Shown here: positions 9,548-18,551 of the stretch, piece by piece
Layout: each line of letters begins with the position of its first letter
Numbering within the stretch: the first letter of the stretch is position 1
Assembly: GCA_039030515.1 (NCBI GenBank)
Contig: JBCCEA010000003.1
Coordinates: 1 to 64,000, forward strand
From: Myxococcota bacterium
Lineage (GTDB): Bacteria > Myxococcota_A > Polyangia > Polyangiales > Houyiibacteriaceae
DNA length: 64,000 bases
Direction: 5' to 3'
Made by a program: the position numbers and the translations under genes
The notes under the pieces: model-generated
Seen by the model: only the letters and a program-made list of their open reading frames with translations
Database searches by the model: none
What the model was told of the DNA's origin: nothing

Positions 9548-11380
9548 TCAAGGGTTTCCCTCAGCGCTGGAGTCCTGCTCAACGTTTGACGCTTCGTCGG
9601 CCGAACGCTCATGTTCAGCCGCTCGACGGTACAACGCTTCGTCCTCTGAGTTCGTCACTACCTCAGAGGCGGAGCTGTCCTCGGCGGCGGTTCCCGGCTC
9701 CGAGCTGGTACCCCAGGTCGGAGCCGCTGCTGAAGGAATGCTGGACCCCCAGCGGGGTTCGTCCGTAGGGCCCACTGGACTCGAACCTGCATTGGGTGGA
9801 TTCGGTAAGATATAGGGTTCGGCATTGAACGTGCCGCATTGTCGATGGTTCCGATAGAAACCCCAGTGGAAATAGACTCTGGAATCTCCGCTGAGGATCG
9901 CGGCTGGAGGTGTCGGATAGGGTTGACCGCGCATCACTGAGGTAAACGCACCATGATCGAAAGGTAAGTACCCGCTGCTTCGAACGATGGCGATTCTTTC
10001 GATGCTTCCGTCTTGGTTGATGACGATCTCGAGCTTGGAACGCAGTGAGGGTTCAGCGAATGGATGCGTGCCCACCGTGGGGAGGCTTCGCAGAAAACGG
10101 CCGGCGAATTCTCGATGAATCCGTCGGTGAACGGCGGCGAGATAGTTGGCGAACGGTGAAGCCCGGGTGTTCAGCGCGGTTTGGTTCCCGGGGCGCACGG
10201 AGGGCGTGAAGTTTTCGAGCGCGGCCCGGAATTCGTTCCAGTTGTTTTGGCTGGATGATCCTCGGCGTCGAGATCGTCGCTCTCTGACGTAGGCTTCGCG
10301 TTCCTGATCGAGTTGTTCTTGGCCGAGGAGCGAAGAAAGGTTGCTCCACGCCGCTCGGCGATCTGGCCCTCGGTTGCCTAGACCCGCGCCCATCCCTTGA
10401 CTGCCGGAACGACCTGTTCTCCGATCCTGAGCCTCCGAGGCACGGTCCCTGTCGACATCGTTCCGGGTGCCGGAGCCTGCTCCTCGAATCGCGCTTTGTT
10501 CGATGCGAATTGCGCCAAAACCGTCGCTTAGGACAAGCGGTTCGTCGGAATCGCCTCCCTCTGTGCTCGCTGATGAAGTCTCGCTTGCCGTCTCAGGAGT
10601 TTCCTCGGTATCGCTGCCGTCGTTTTCCGTGCGTCCGTTCCCGCGAGCGACTGGTGGAAGCACATCGTCTGAAGATGTTTCCGGCCGCTCCTCCAACGTT
10701 TCTCTTTCAGTCGGAGCCCGTTGCTCGCTTCCTTCCATATCGCGCATCTCGGCCAGTAGATCTTCGTCACCATCTCCGTGGTTTGGCGAACGTTCCCTGG
10801 GCGCACGAGAGGCAGCCTGGTGTTCGTCGTCCTGCACCAGATTTGTGATCTCTGCCCGGGTTTCCTCCTCGACCCGATTGTTGGACTCCGCGATGTATTG
10901 GGTATCTGCAGGAGGCTCCACCTCGGGGTTGGTGCTTTTTACCTGCACTGCCTGCAGATTGGGAGGTTCCTCGCGCGGCGGGGAAGGCGCGGGGGGCATG
11001 ATCGGTTCGGATTCCGGCTCTGCCTCGAGCTCCGGCTCTACTACGGGCTCTGGGAGCTTCGGGCGACGCGTTTCGGTCGTCTGCGGCGAGATCGCTTTGT
11101 TCCGGGAAGTGGTTGGCGGATCGAGATTCGGGCGCTTGGGCCTTTCGTGTTCGCGAGTGGGTTTTTTGGATTGTGCGGATTCGCGAGCTGCTGGTTCTGA
11201 AGCTGTATTCTCCAGGATGTCGAAATCGAGTTCGATGCTCGCTTCGGGTTGTGCCGATTTAAGTTGGGCCTGGAGGGCTTCGGCGAGAATTCCCAGGGCT
11301 CCGTAAATAGGCACATGGATGCAGATCGAAGCTACTAGCGCGCTTCCGAAGACAACCAGTGCGGGACTGATACGACGCAA
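9548..11380 (-). CDS. Large TonB/TolA-like protein (N-terminal TM, long Pro/acidic linker, TonB C-terminal domain)
   Basis: TM helix with S..IH, then a long low-complexity spacer, then a TonB_C-like segment LEIVINQDGSIERIAIVRSSGYLPFDHGA..V...QPYPTPP. Confidence 0.75.
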   Translation of the reverse strand: MRRISPALVVFGSALVASICIHVPIYGALGILAEALQAQLKSAQPEASIELDFDILENTASEPAARESAQSKKPTREHERPKRPNLDPPTTSRNKAISPQTTETRRPKLPEPVVEPELEAEPESEPIMPPAPSPPREEPPNLQAVQVKSTNPEVEPPADTQYIAESNNRVEEETRAEITNLVQDDEHQAASRAPRERSPNHGDGDEDLLAEMRDMEGSEQRAPTERETLEERPETSSDDVLPPVARGNGRTENDGSDTEETPETASETSSASTEGGDSDEPLVLSDGFGAIRIEQSAIRGAGSGTRNDVDRDRASEAQDRRTGRSGSQGMGAGLGNRGPDRRAAWSNLSSLLGQEQLDQEREAYVRERRSRRRGSSSQNNWNEFRAALENFTPSVRPGNQTALNTRASPFANYLAAVHRRIHREFAGRFLRSLPTVGTHPFAEPSLRSKLEIVINQDGSIERIAIVRSSGYLPFDHGAFTSVMRGQPYPTPPAAILSGDSRVYFHWGFYRNHRQCGTFNAEPYILPNPPNAGSSPVGPTDEPRWGSSIPSAAAPTWGTSSEPGTAAEDSSASEVVTNSEDEALYRRAAEHERSADEASNVEQDSSAEGNP

Positions 11381-11411
11381 TCCTCTTCCTTGGAGTGCTG
11401 ATGACTAACCT

Positions 11412-12047
11412 CTAGCGGCGCCGAACACGTACTGTGCCGCGGGCTGCTGGGCGCCAGTTTCCGCGTACGTAGACATATCCGCGACCACGACGTTCCCAGC
11501 GGGGCTGTACATAGATTTGTCCGCCCCTCGGCCGCATATACCTTCCGCCAACCCAAATGTGCTGATGACCGTTCCAGGTGTAGTGACCGTTGACCCAGAC
11601 GGCTCCCGCGTACGGCGGTGCAGGTCGCGCAACGACCACGTGGGTGGGTGGCGCCGTTGGCGGTGCCGTATAAACGACGGTCCCTGGCGTGTACGCGGTG
11701 GTGGTTTGCACCACGGGCTGTACGGTGGTGGTTTGTACAGGCTGCACAGTCGTGGTTTGCACCACAGGCTGCACAGTCGTGGTTTGTACAGGCTGCACAG
11801 TCGTGGTTTGCACCACGGGCTGCACGGTCGTGGTTTGTACAGGCTGCACAGTGGTGGTTTGCACCACGGGCTGCACGGTAGTGGTTTGTACAGGCTGGGC
11901 CGTCGTAGCGTAGGTTGTCGTCGTGTACGCAGGTGTTGTTGTATGTACGGTGCAGCCTGAGTGGAGCGAGGCCAACGCGATCGCCAGAGAACTGCCAACG
12001 AGGAGTTGCTGCATCACGATCGGCCGATTGACGTAGGACATGTTCAT
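11412..12047 (-). CDS. Lipoprotein with Thr/Val/Gln/Pro tandem repeats and C-terminal WXXGXW-type repeats
   Basis: AGGAG SD before ATG 12047; hydrophobic signal ending LHSGC; QPV(V)QTTTV repeats; C-terminus WVNGHYTW..WVGGRY..RW..YVRGNW. Confidence 0.8.
   Translation of the reverse strand: MNMSYVNRPIVMQQLLVGSSLAIALASLHSGCTVHTTTPAYTTTTYATTAQPVQTTTVQPVVQTTTVQPVQTTTVQPVVQTTTVQPVQTTTVQPVVQTTTVQPVQTTTVQPVVQTTTAYTPGTVVYTAPPTAPPTHVVVARPAPPYAGAVWVNGHYTWNGHQHIWVGGRYMRPRGGQIYVQPRWERRGRGYVYVRGNWRPAARGTVRVRRR
11694..11897 (-). repeat. Coding tandem repeat: 51-nt super-unit (24+27 nt) x about 4
   Basis: Strictly alternating QPVQTTTV and QPVVQTTTV units are visible in both DNA and protein. Confidence 0.95.
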
Positions 12048-12319
12048 CGTCTCCTCTACCTTGAACTGGGCATACAACATAGCAGAGCCACATTGTTTCG
12101 ATCCTCAGGATGCCCTCTTTCCTGAGTAGAATACTTCGGACTTGCCTTTATCGATTCAACTTAAGGTTGGATCGGTCTATCGCCTCGCATTGCTGTAGTC
12201 CAGCGCATCACGCAGCTTGCCATGAGTTGATGCGCGCACCTCTACATGGCGCTAAGCCATACGTCCGCGTGCTCCAAACAGGTCAACCAGACCTGTTCCG
12301 GACTGGTCTTGAGGTGTTC

Positions 12320-13513
12320 TTGATAGTTGACGGTATCGATGAGGCCACGCTCCAGCTTCTAAGAACGCATGGTTTTGACCAAGAACTATGCTCTAGGTGG
12401 CAGGCGCTGTTGCGAGAACTACCTGGGGTTGAGCGTTTTAATTGTTTGAAGGCTGGGGTGGAGCCACTGGGGTCAGGTGAGATACGGCTTCTCCCGAGCT
12501 CGGACAGTATCGAGCGTCGACGTCTGACTGAGGTAGGGCTGCAGGCCTTTGCTCGAGGTGAGGTAGGCGCAGTCGTTCTGGCTGGCGGGATGGCGACTCG
12601 TTTCGGAGGTGTCGTCAAGGCGCTTGCCCCGGTAGTCGAAAGCCAGACCTTTCTCGATTTCAAACTCTCCGACGTGCGCTCCTGCTCTGAGCGCGCCCGT
12701 CGCACGTTGCCCGTATTCCTGATGACAAGCTTTGGAAGTGACGCGCTTCTGCACCAAGCTGCACGGCAATTTCGCAATAGTGGCATGAACGTGCAGACGT
12801 TTTGTCAGTTCATCAGCCTTCGGCTTACCGAAGACGGTGCATTATTTCGAACTCAAGACGGTTCGCTTTCTCCCTATGCGCCTGGACATGGCGACCTGCC
12901 GGCAGCGCTAAGGAAGAGTGGTTTGCTTGATGCTTTCATGTCGAACGGCGGACGCTATCTCTGTGTGTCGAACGTGGACAATCTAACCGCGACGCTTGAT
13001 CCCGCGATCGTCGGTGCACACATCGAATGCGGTGCCGCCGTGACCGTGGAGGTCGTAAAAAAAGCCTGCGGAGACCAGGGTGGGGCTCCTGCTCGGGTGG
13101 GCGGCGTCCCACAGATCGTCGAGACGTTTCGTTTTCCTAATGAGTTCGATCAAGATGCGATACCCGTCTTCAACACCAACACAATGACGATGACCGCCTC
13201 TGCGTTGGATCAGGATTTTGCACTGTCCTGGTTTTTGGTTCGTAAGACGGTAGAAGGACGCACCGCGATCCAGTTTGAACGTCTCATAGGTGAGCTGACT
13301 GCGTACCTTCCGACGCAGTTCCTGCAAGTTGAACGCACAGGACTCGACTCCAGATTCCAGCCCGTCAAAAGCCCAGAAGAGTTGGCACAGCGTATTCCGG
13401 AAATCCTCAAAGCTCTTCAAGCACGGAACTCGATGCAGGCTTTACCGATAGACGCCTGTGTCGATGAGGTCGGTTCCGCCCGAGGAGGGTCACCGTGTTC
13501 GGACGAGACGTGA
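12320..13513 (+). CDS. UTP--glucose-1-phosphate uridylyltransferase-like protein (eukaryote-type UDPGP/UAP family)
   Basis: VLAGGMATRFG, PGHGD, SNVDNL and FNTNT motifs. Start is uncertain; TTG 12320 after GAGGTG was chosen. Confidence 0.85.
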   Translation: MIVDGIDEATLQLLRTHGFDQELCSRWQALLRELPGVERFNCLKAGVEPLGSGEIRLLPSSDSIERRRLTEVGLQAFARGEVGAVVLAGGMATRFGGVVKALAPVVESQTFLDFKLSDVRSCSERARRTLPVFLMTSFGSDALLHQAARQFRNSGMNVQTFCQFISLRLTEDGALFRTQDGSLSPYAPGHGDLPAALRKSGLLDAFMSNGGRYLCVSNVDNLTATLDPAIVGAHIECGAAVTVEVVKKACGDQGGAPARVGGVPQIVETFRFPNEFDQDAIPVFNTNTMTMTASALDQDFALSWFLVRKTVEGRTAIQFERLIGELTAYLPTQFLQVERTGLDSRFQPVKSPEELAQRIPEILKALQARNSMQALPIDACVDEVGSARGGSPCSDET

Positions 13514-15481
13514 GCCCTCAAGCCGGTAGTATTGATGCGTGTCCTGCCAAGGTAGCAGTATCGGATCCACCCCGTCTCCAGTGCCCTCTTGAAACGGCCA
13601 GTTGAGGGCGTTCCAACCGCTCGCCTCACCCGCGGTGATCTCAACGCCACCTTCTGCGTACGCGATGTGATTGATGATTTGACGCCCTGCCTGAAAGCGC
13701 GCGATCTCTACCGCGAGCATGCGGGAAAAATGTGCGTCGTCTGGAAACCGGTATCCGAGCACCACCTGACGTGTGGTTTCCGGTTCGAGATTTGGAAGAT
13801 GTTGCGCAAGGGTGAGGAACAGTTCCTCGGCACCATCGCCCGTGACGTCCGCGCAGTGCAGAGCGACGATGTCCGAGGCGTCCTCTACCGGCAGCGACCA
13901 GGCAAAGTAGCCGACCCCTGAACGAAAGCCGGGGCCGACAACCACCAGGGTTGTGTCGTAGAGCACAAGTGTTTCCAGCCTATCGTCCCCGGTTAGATCG
14001 ACGTTTCTACGATTCGACTCGCGTGCCGAAAGACTCCACTCGGTACGTGCAAGTTGCAGAAGCTCTTCTACACTCGGCATTTCTTGGGAGGCGCCCTCGG
14101 CGCTTGCTTGCGGCCTAGGGCTCGCTTGCGGAGCTCGCTTGGGTTCGCTTGGTCGGGTTTGCTCTCGAACGGCATCGCGTGAACTCGATGCCTCGTATCG
14201 AGGGTTGGGCGTTTCGGCAACGACGTGGAACCCCGCATCGCTCCAGCGGTAGCTCCTAGAATGCACCGGACCCCACGGCAGCAGCATCGGCTCCACATCG
14301 GTGGCGGGGAGGAAGTGGTGATCTCGCCGCGAAAGACCTTCCGATGTATCTACGCTTGCGATCAAAGTGGGTGCGCCAGGTGCGCCATCCGGGGATGGGT
14401 GAATCTGGGTTCTGGTTTCAATCGATTCCCCGTCGATCTCTCGGTACGTTTCGAGCAAAAAGATCGCTTCGATCGATCCTCGGTCAAAGCGGGCGATGTA
14501 GAGCAGAGTTCGTCTACCGCGCGATCGGTGCTGGCGGAGCTGCAGCAGGAGTTCTCCTTGCATATCGCCTGTCACATCTACCAGCTCTGCATGAAGCACA
14601 TCGCGTGCAGACGATACCGGCAAGGTGAGGTAGTCATAGCCTTGTCCTCGACGATAGCGGGATCCCAAGACCGCGACGTATCGTCCCGCAACGACCACCT
14701 GCTCTTCTTCTGCGTCTCCAGTGACATCCCCATAAAAATCGAATCGAATCGAACCCTCGTTGAGGCCGCGCTCGTTCAGGAACGTACCTAGAACCTCCGA
14801 CTGCCGTCCTATGGGTCGCAGAGCTGGGAGATGCTCAGGGTGTATCGCCGGGCTCGTTAGATGCGGTGATGGCCTCTGTCTGCGTGGCGCCCGTTCGCTA
14901 CCCGGCCCCCCCGGCTGAGGTTCCGTATCGACATCCTGCATTCGAGCTGAAGCTCTCGATCGTCGTAGGTTACGGCCTGGCAGCTTACTGAAAGGGATCA
15001 GTGCTTCGATCGCATATCCACCGTCACGAGGGGCTTCCACTATCGGTATTCCCTCTGCCGGTCGAAGAGGGGTGCCGTACGGAACCACTGCGGCTCGCGA
15101 GGCGATGCTTCCCGGTCGGCCAGCCCACAGCCAAATCTCGACGGCGGAGTAGCGGCTCCCGTTCGGCATGGCCAGCGTCAGGATGAGTGCGTCCTCGTTT
15201 CGGTCTGGGTTTGACGAGCGAACCAGCGACTCGTCCTGTACGACGGCGGATACGTAGAGCCCCTCTTGGTTGTGTCCAAGAGCGATGTCAAAAGAGTCTC
15301 CCCGCTCTGTACGCAGTGACTGAAGCGCAATCCCTTGCCAGTCGCGTAAGACGCCGTCGATACGGATCCGTCGATCGCCGAGTTCATGGAGGCCCAGCCG
15401 CATCTGGGCGTGCGCCGAGCGTGTGCTCCCGAGGTTCAGGCCGAGCACGATCGCAACAGCAATGAGGCGAAGGAGGGACAT
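13490..15481 (-). CDS. Secreted protein: CBM9/DOMON-like domain plus two duplicated DxxGD-containing domains
   Basis: Signal peptide ending AHA; IDGVLRDW...LYVSAVVQD...GYAIEALIPF segment; two similar domains with DVTGD/DLTGD and LLPW motifs. Confidence 0.7.
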   Translation of the reverse strand: MSLLRLIAVAIVLGLNLGSTRSAHAQMRLGLHELGDRRIRIDGVLRDWQGIALQSLRTERGDSFDIALGHNQEGLYVSAVVQDESLVRSSNPDRNEDALILTLAMPNGSRYSAVEIWLWAGRPGSIASRAAVVPYGTPLRPAEGIPIVEAPRDGGYAIEALIPFSKLPGRNLRRSRASARMQDVDTEPQPGGPGSERAPRRQRPSPHLTSPAIHPEHLPALRPIGRQSEVLGTFLNERGLNEGSIRFDFYGDVTGDAEEEQVVVAGRYVAVLGSRYRRGQGYDYLTLPVSSARDVLHAELVDVTGDMQGELLLQLRQHRSRGRRTLLYIARFDRGSIEAIFLLETYREIDGESIETRTQIHPSPDGAPGAPTLIASVDTSEGLSRRDHHFLPATDVEPMLLPWGPVHSRSYRWSDAGFHVVAETPNPRYEASSSRDAVREQTRPSEPKRAPQASPRPQASAEGASQEMPSVEELLQLARTEWSLSARESNRRNVDLTGDDRLETLVLYDTTLVVVGPGFRSGVGYFAWSLPVEDASDIVALHCADVTGDGAEELFLTLAQHLPNLEPETTRQVVLGYRFPDDAHFSRMLAVEIARFQAGRQIINHIAYAEGGVEITAGEASGWNALNWPFQEGTGDGVDPILLPWQDTHQYYRLEGSRLVRTR

Positions 15482-15498
15482 GCCGCAATCGGTCCGGG

Positions 15499-16650
15499 CT
15501 AGTGTTCTTGAGCTTGGGGTAGCCTCATGCGCACCTTGCGCTTCGCCCCCCGGAGCGCCAGCTGTCCGCACGCCGCATCGACTTCGTCTCCACGCTGTCT
15601 ACGAACAAAAGCCGAAACCCCGTGCGTTCTCAGGCGCTGCTGGAACGCATGCACTCGAGTTGCGGCCGGTGCGTCGAGAGGGCTTCCCTCCACGGGATTC
15701 ATCGGGATCAGATTGACCTTGATCGGGATTCCTTGGAGCAGTCTGACCATCGCGTCTGCAGCTCGCAGTTCGTCGTTCACCCCTCCGATCAGCGTATATT
15801 CGATGGTGATCCGTCTTCGAGGCGGAAGTGGATAGCGTTTCAGGCACTCGATCAATTGAGGGAGCGGATACTTTCGGTTGATGGGCATGAGGTCCGAACG
15901 GAGCACGTCGTCGACCGCATGCAGCGAGATGGCGAGTTGAACCTGGCCTCCGAAGTCCCGCGCGAGCTGGTCGATTTGAGGGATGAGTCCACTCGTAGAA
16001 AGCGTCACCCTTCGCTTGGAGAGCGCGAGACCTTTGGGATGAAAGAGGAGGGTGAGTGTTCGGGCGACCGCCGCATAGTTGTGCAGAGGCTCGCCCATGC
16101 CCATCAGCACGACGTTGCGTAGGTATTCCTGCTCGTCCAGCCGGGTTTTGCCTAGCAGTACCTGTCCTACGATTTCTGGGGGGTTGAGTTGGCGCTTGAG
16201 TCCCGCGACTCCGGAAGCACAAAATACGCAGCCCATCGCGCAACCCACCTGGCTAGAAATGCACTGAGTGACCACCCGAGCATCGGGCTCGCCTGTGCGA
16301 TTGTCTTTTGTGTATGCTGCAACGGCACCGGGCTTTAGTTCCGGAATCAGAACGGTTTCGATGACCCTCTCGTCATCGGTGCGGACAAGTAGTTTGCGGG
16401 TGTCGTCTCCGCTTCGATGCATGTCTGAGACCTTCAGCGGTAGCCTCAGCTCGCTGCGCCGGAGCTGGGCGCGGAGCTTGCTTGGCAGGTTGACCATCGA
16501 CTCCGGCTCAAAGACCTGTCTTCGGTGAATCCAGTCGAATATCTGACGCCCGCGATAAGCAGGGTATCCCCACTGCTGCACGAGGTCTTCCCAATCCTCG
16601 GGCAGACAGTCGATGGCCGGACTTTGCAAACTATCGTGTGCGGATTCCAC
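15499..16650 (-). CDS. rlmN: Dual-specificity RNA methyltransferase RlmN
   Basis: CISSQVGCAMGCVFC radical-SAM motif, MGMGEP and AACGQL. Confidence 0.96.
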   Translation of the reverse strand: MESAHDSLQSPAIDCLPEDWEDLVQQWGYPAYRGRQIFDWIHRRQVFEPESMVNLPSKLRAQLRRSELRLPLKVSDMHRSGDDTRKLLVRTDDERVIETVLIPELKPGAVAAYTKDNRTGEPDARVVTQCISSQVGCAMGCVFCASGVAGLKRQLNPPEIVGQVLLGKTRLDEQEYLRNVVLMGMGEPLHNYAAVARTLTLLFHPKGLALSKRRVTLSTSGLIPQIDQLARDFGGQVQLAISLHAVDDVLRSDLMPINRKYPLPQLIECLKRYPLPPRRRITIEYTLIGGVNDELRAADAMVRLLQGIPIKVNLIPMNPVEGSPLDAPAATRVHAFQQRLRTHGVSAFVRRQRGDEVDAACGQLALRGAKRKVRMRLPQAQEH

Positions 16651-16716
16651 GGGGCCCTAGTCTAGCCAGGATTTAGGTGAAGTCGATTTGCCCCTCAGGT
16701 TGCCATGGTTTTTCGA

Positions 16717-16782
16717 GGCTACTGAGCTACCTCAGGACTACTGGGTTACTTTGGGGCTACTGGGTGACTTCGGGGCTACTGG
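16717..16782. repeat. Intergenic 19-bp imperfect tandem repeat, about 3.5 copies
   Basis: ggctactgagctacctcag / gactactgggttactttgg / ggctactgggtgacttcgg / ggctactgg. Confidence 0.85.
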
Positions 16783-16792
16783 ACCTGAAGGT

Positions 16793-17596
16793 TCAGGGTA
16801 GACACCGAGGATTGTCGGTTGCAGCGAATCCTGCCGGGCGGTCTGTGCTCCCGGTAGCGACCAATCCGACGGTCTGTGCGCTTGTGGCGACGAAAGAATC
16901 TGTCGAATCCCAACGGCTCGCGTTGACCGCAACGGATATGTACGTTGGTTCCGGACTCTCATACACGCCACCCCATGCGACGAAGGCGTCTAGCCTTTCC
17001 GGCGTAGTGAATGTTCCCTGCTTGTCGTTGTAAATGATCACTTCACCGATATCGAGCTTTAGGTCGAACGCGCTGAGTTCACTGTCGTAATAAAAGTCAG
17101 AGTCTGTGTTCTGACCCTTATCGGTGAGATGAATCGTGATCCTTTCAGAAACCGAGAGGGTCGTGTCGGGCAGGTTGATCTCTGCATCGACCACCCGGAG
17201 CTGCCATCCGGAGTTGAGCTGAACCTCCTCAGTCGATTTTTGACCCATGCGGATGCCGTTGAAAAGCACCACTCTATTGTGGGTGAAGTCGATCGACTCT
17301 ATCGTGATTTCGCCCGGAGAAGTGAGCGTCGTCGTCACCAGCGAGCAGGGCTCAGAACCGGCGTCCAACGTCGTCTTTGCATCGTCGCCAGCGTCCAGAG
17401 TAACGCCGCCATCCGCTTGCATCGCCCCGTCCTGAGACTGCGTTCCTCCGTCCTGCGTTTCGGCATCGACGTCCTGCGTTCCTCCATCGACAGCGCCGCT
17501 GCCCGAGTCCGCTGCGACTTCTTCGCTATCGTCGGAGCATGCGATCGTGAATATCAAAAAAGCCAGGGTGAGTTTTGAGCGGCCTAAGTGAGTCAA
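16793..17596 (-). CDS. Lipoprotein with Asp/Gly-rich linker and beta-rich (lamin-tail-like) C-terminal domain
   Basis: Lipobox-like FTIAC; DGG/DAG repeats; GGAG SD before the TTG start. The fold call is tentative. Confidence 0.7.
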   Translation of the reverse strand: MTHLGRSKLTLAFLIFTIACSDDSEEVAADSGSGAVDGGTQDVDAETQDGGTQSQDGAMQADGGVTLDAGDDAKTTLDAGSEPCSLVTTTLTSPGEITIESIDFTHNRVVLFNGIRMGQKSTEEVQLNSGWQLRVVDAEINLPDTTLSVSERITIHLTDKGQNTDSDFYYDSELSAFDLKLDIGEVIIYNDKQGTFTTPERLDAFVAWGGVYESPEPTYISVAVNASRWDSTDSFVATSAQTVGLVATGSTDRPAGFAATDNPRCLP

Positions 17597-17619
17597 GGTT
17601 TCACTCCGTTATTCTATTA

Positions 17620-17645
17620 AAAATGCACTGGTAACATAGCATTTT
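17620..17645. promoter_or_regulatory. AT-rich palindromic operator candidate
   Basis: AAAATGC-N12-GCATTTT, 24-49 nt upstream of the lipoprotein start. Confidence 0.4.
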
Positions 17646-17708
17646 GACTCGAGGGAGCCAGGCACAGGTGTTGCGTGAGTGGCCGTGCCGCAGAAGACGC
17701 CTCCGCCG

Positions 17709-18536
17709 TTACACCGCTACGTTGTGGTCGCGAAGCGCTGCGTTCAGAGAGACTTTACGATCGGTGTTTGCGTTTCTTCGGCCGATGATGAGTGCGCACG
17801 GTACGCCGTATGTACCGGCCGGGAACTCCTTTGCTCGCGTCCCCGGGATGACCACAGAGCGAGGTGGGACAAACCCTTTGTGCTCTACGGGTGCATCCCC
17901 CGTGACGTCGACGATCGAGGTCGAAGCGGTCAGCACGACGTTGGCTCCAAGCACCGCTTCAGCTCCGACGCGCACGCCCTCCACAACGATGGCGCGGCTC
18001 CCCAAAAATGCGCCGTCTTCAACGATGACCGGAGTAGCTCCCGGCGGCTCGAGGACGCCTCCGATTCCCACGCCGCCCGAGAGGTGCACGTCTCTGCCGA
18101 TTTGAGCGCAGGAACCTACGGTGGCCCAAGTATCCACCATCGTGCCGCTACCGACCCAAGCGCCGAGATTGACGTAGCCGGGCATCAGGATCGCGCCTGC
18201 TTCCAAAAATGAACCGAATCTCGCGGTTCCGGGGGGCACCACGCGAACCCCTGCGGCTTCAAGTCCGCGTTTCAGTGGGATCTTGTCGTGAAACTCAAAG
18301 GGCCCAACTTCGATGCGCTCCATGTTTCGGATCGCGAAGTAGAGCAGGATGGCTTGCTTGACCCAGGCGTGAACGGTCCATTCCGATCCGGAGCTGCTTG
18401 GAGATGCGACCCGAACGGTTCCCTTATCCAGGCCCTCTAGGGTGGCCTCCACCGCATCTCGATAGTTCGGCTCGTTCAATAGCTTTCGATCGGCGAAGGC
18501 TTTTTCGACAGTTGCCTGCATTTCCTGAACACGCAT
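17709..18536 (-). CDS. dapD: Tetrahydrodipicolinate N-succinyltransferase
   Basis: WVKQAILLYF, FHDKIPLK, MVDTWATVGSCAQIG and GGVLEP motifs. Confidence 0.96.
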   Translation of the reverse strand: MRVQEMQATVEKAFADRKLLNEPNYRDAVEATLEGLDKGTVRVASPSSSGSEWTVHAWVKQAILLYFAIRNMERIEVGPFEFHDKIPLKRGLEAAGVRVVPPGTARFGSFLEAGAILMPGYVNLGAWVGSGTMVDTWATVGSCAQIGRDVHLSGGVGIGGVLEPPGATPVIVEDGAFLGSRAIVVEGVRVGAEAVLGANVVLTASTSIVDVTGDAPVEHKGFVPPRSVVIPGTRAKEFPAGTYGVPCALIIGRRNANTDRKVSLNAALRDHNVAV

Positions 18537-18551
18537 ACTTCGCCTCTAGCA

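Noticed and set aside
11335..12093. Alternative-frame ORFs with Cys-rich repeats (NHDCAAC, KPRLCSLY, VVVCTTGC) as metallothionein or RiPP precursors
   Set aside because: They are shadows of the 51-nt repeat. Variation between copies is synonymous in the QPVQTTTV frame, which also has an SD, a lipobox and a known C-terminal domain.
16717..16782. CRISPR array
   Set aside because: The repeats are contiguous with no unique spacers, and there are no cas genes in the window.
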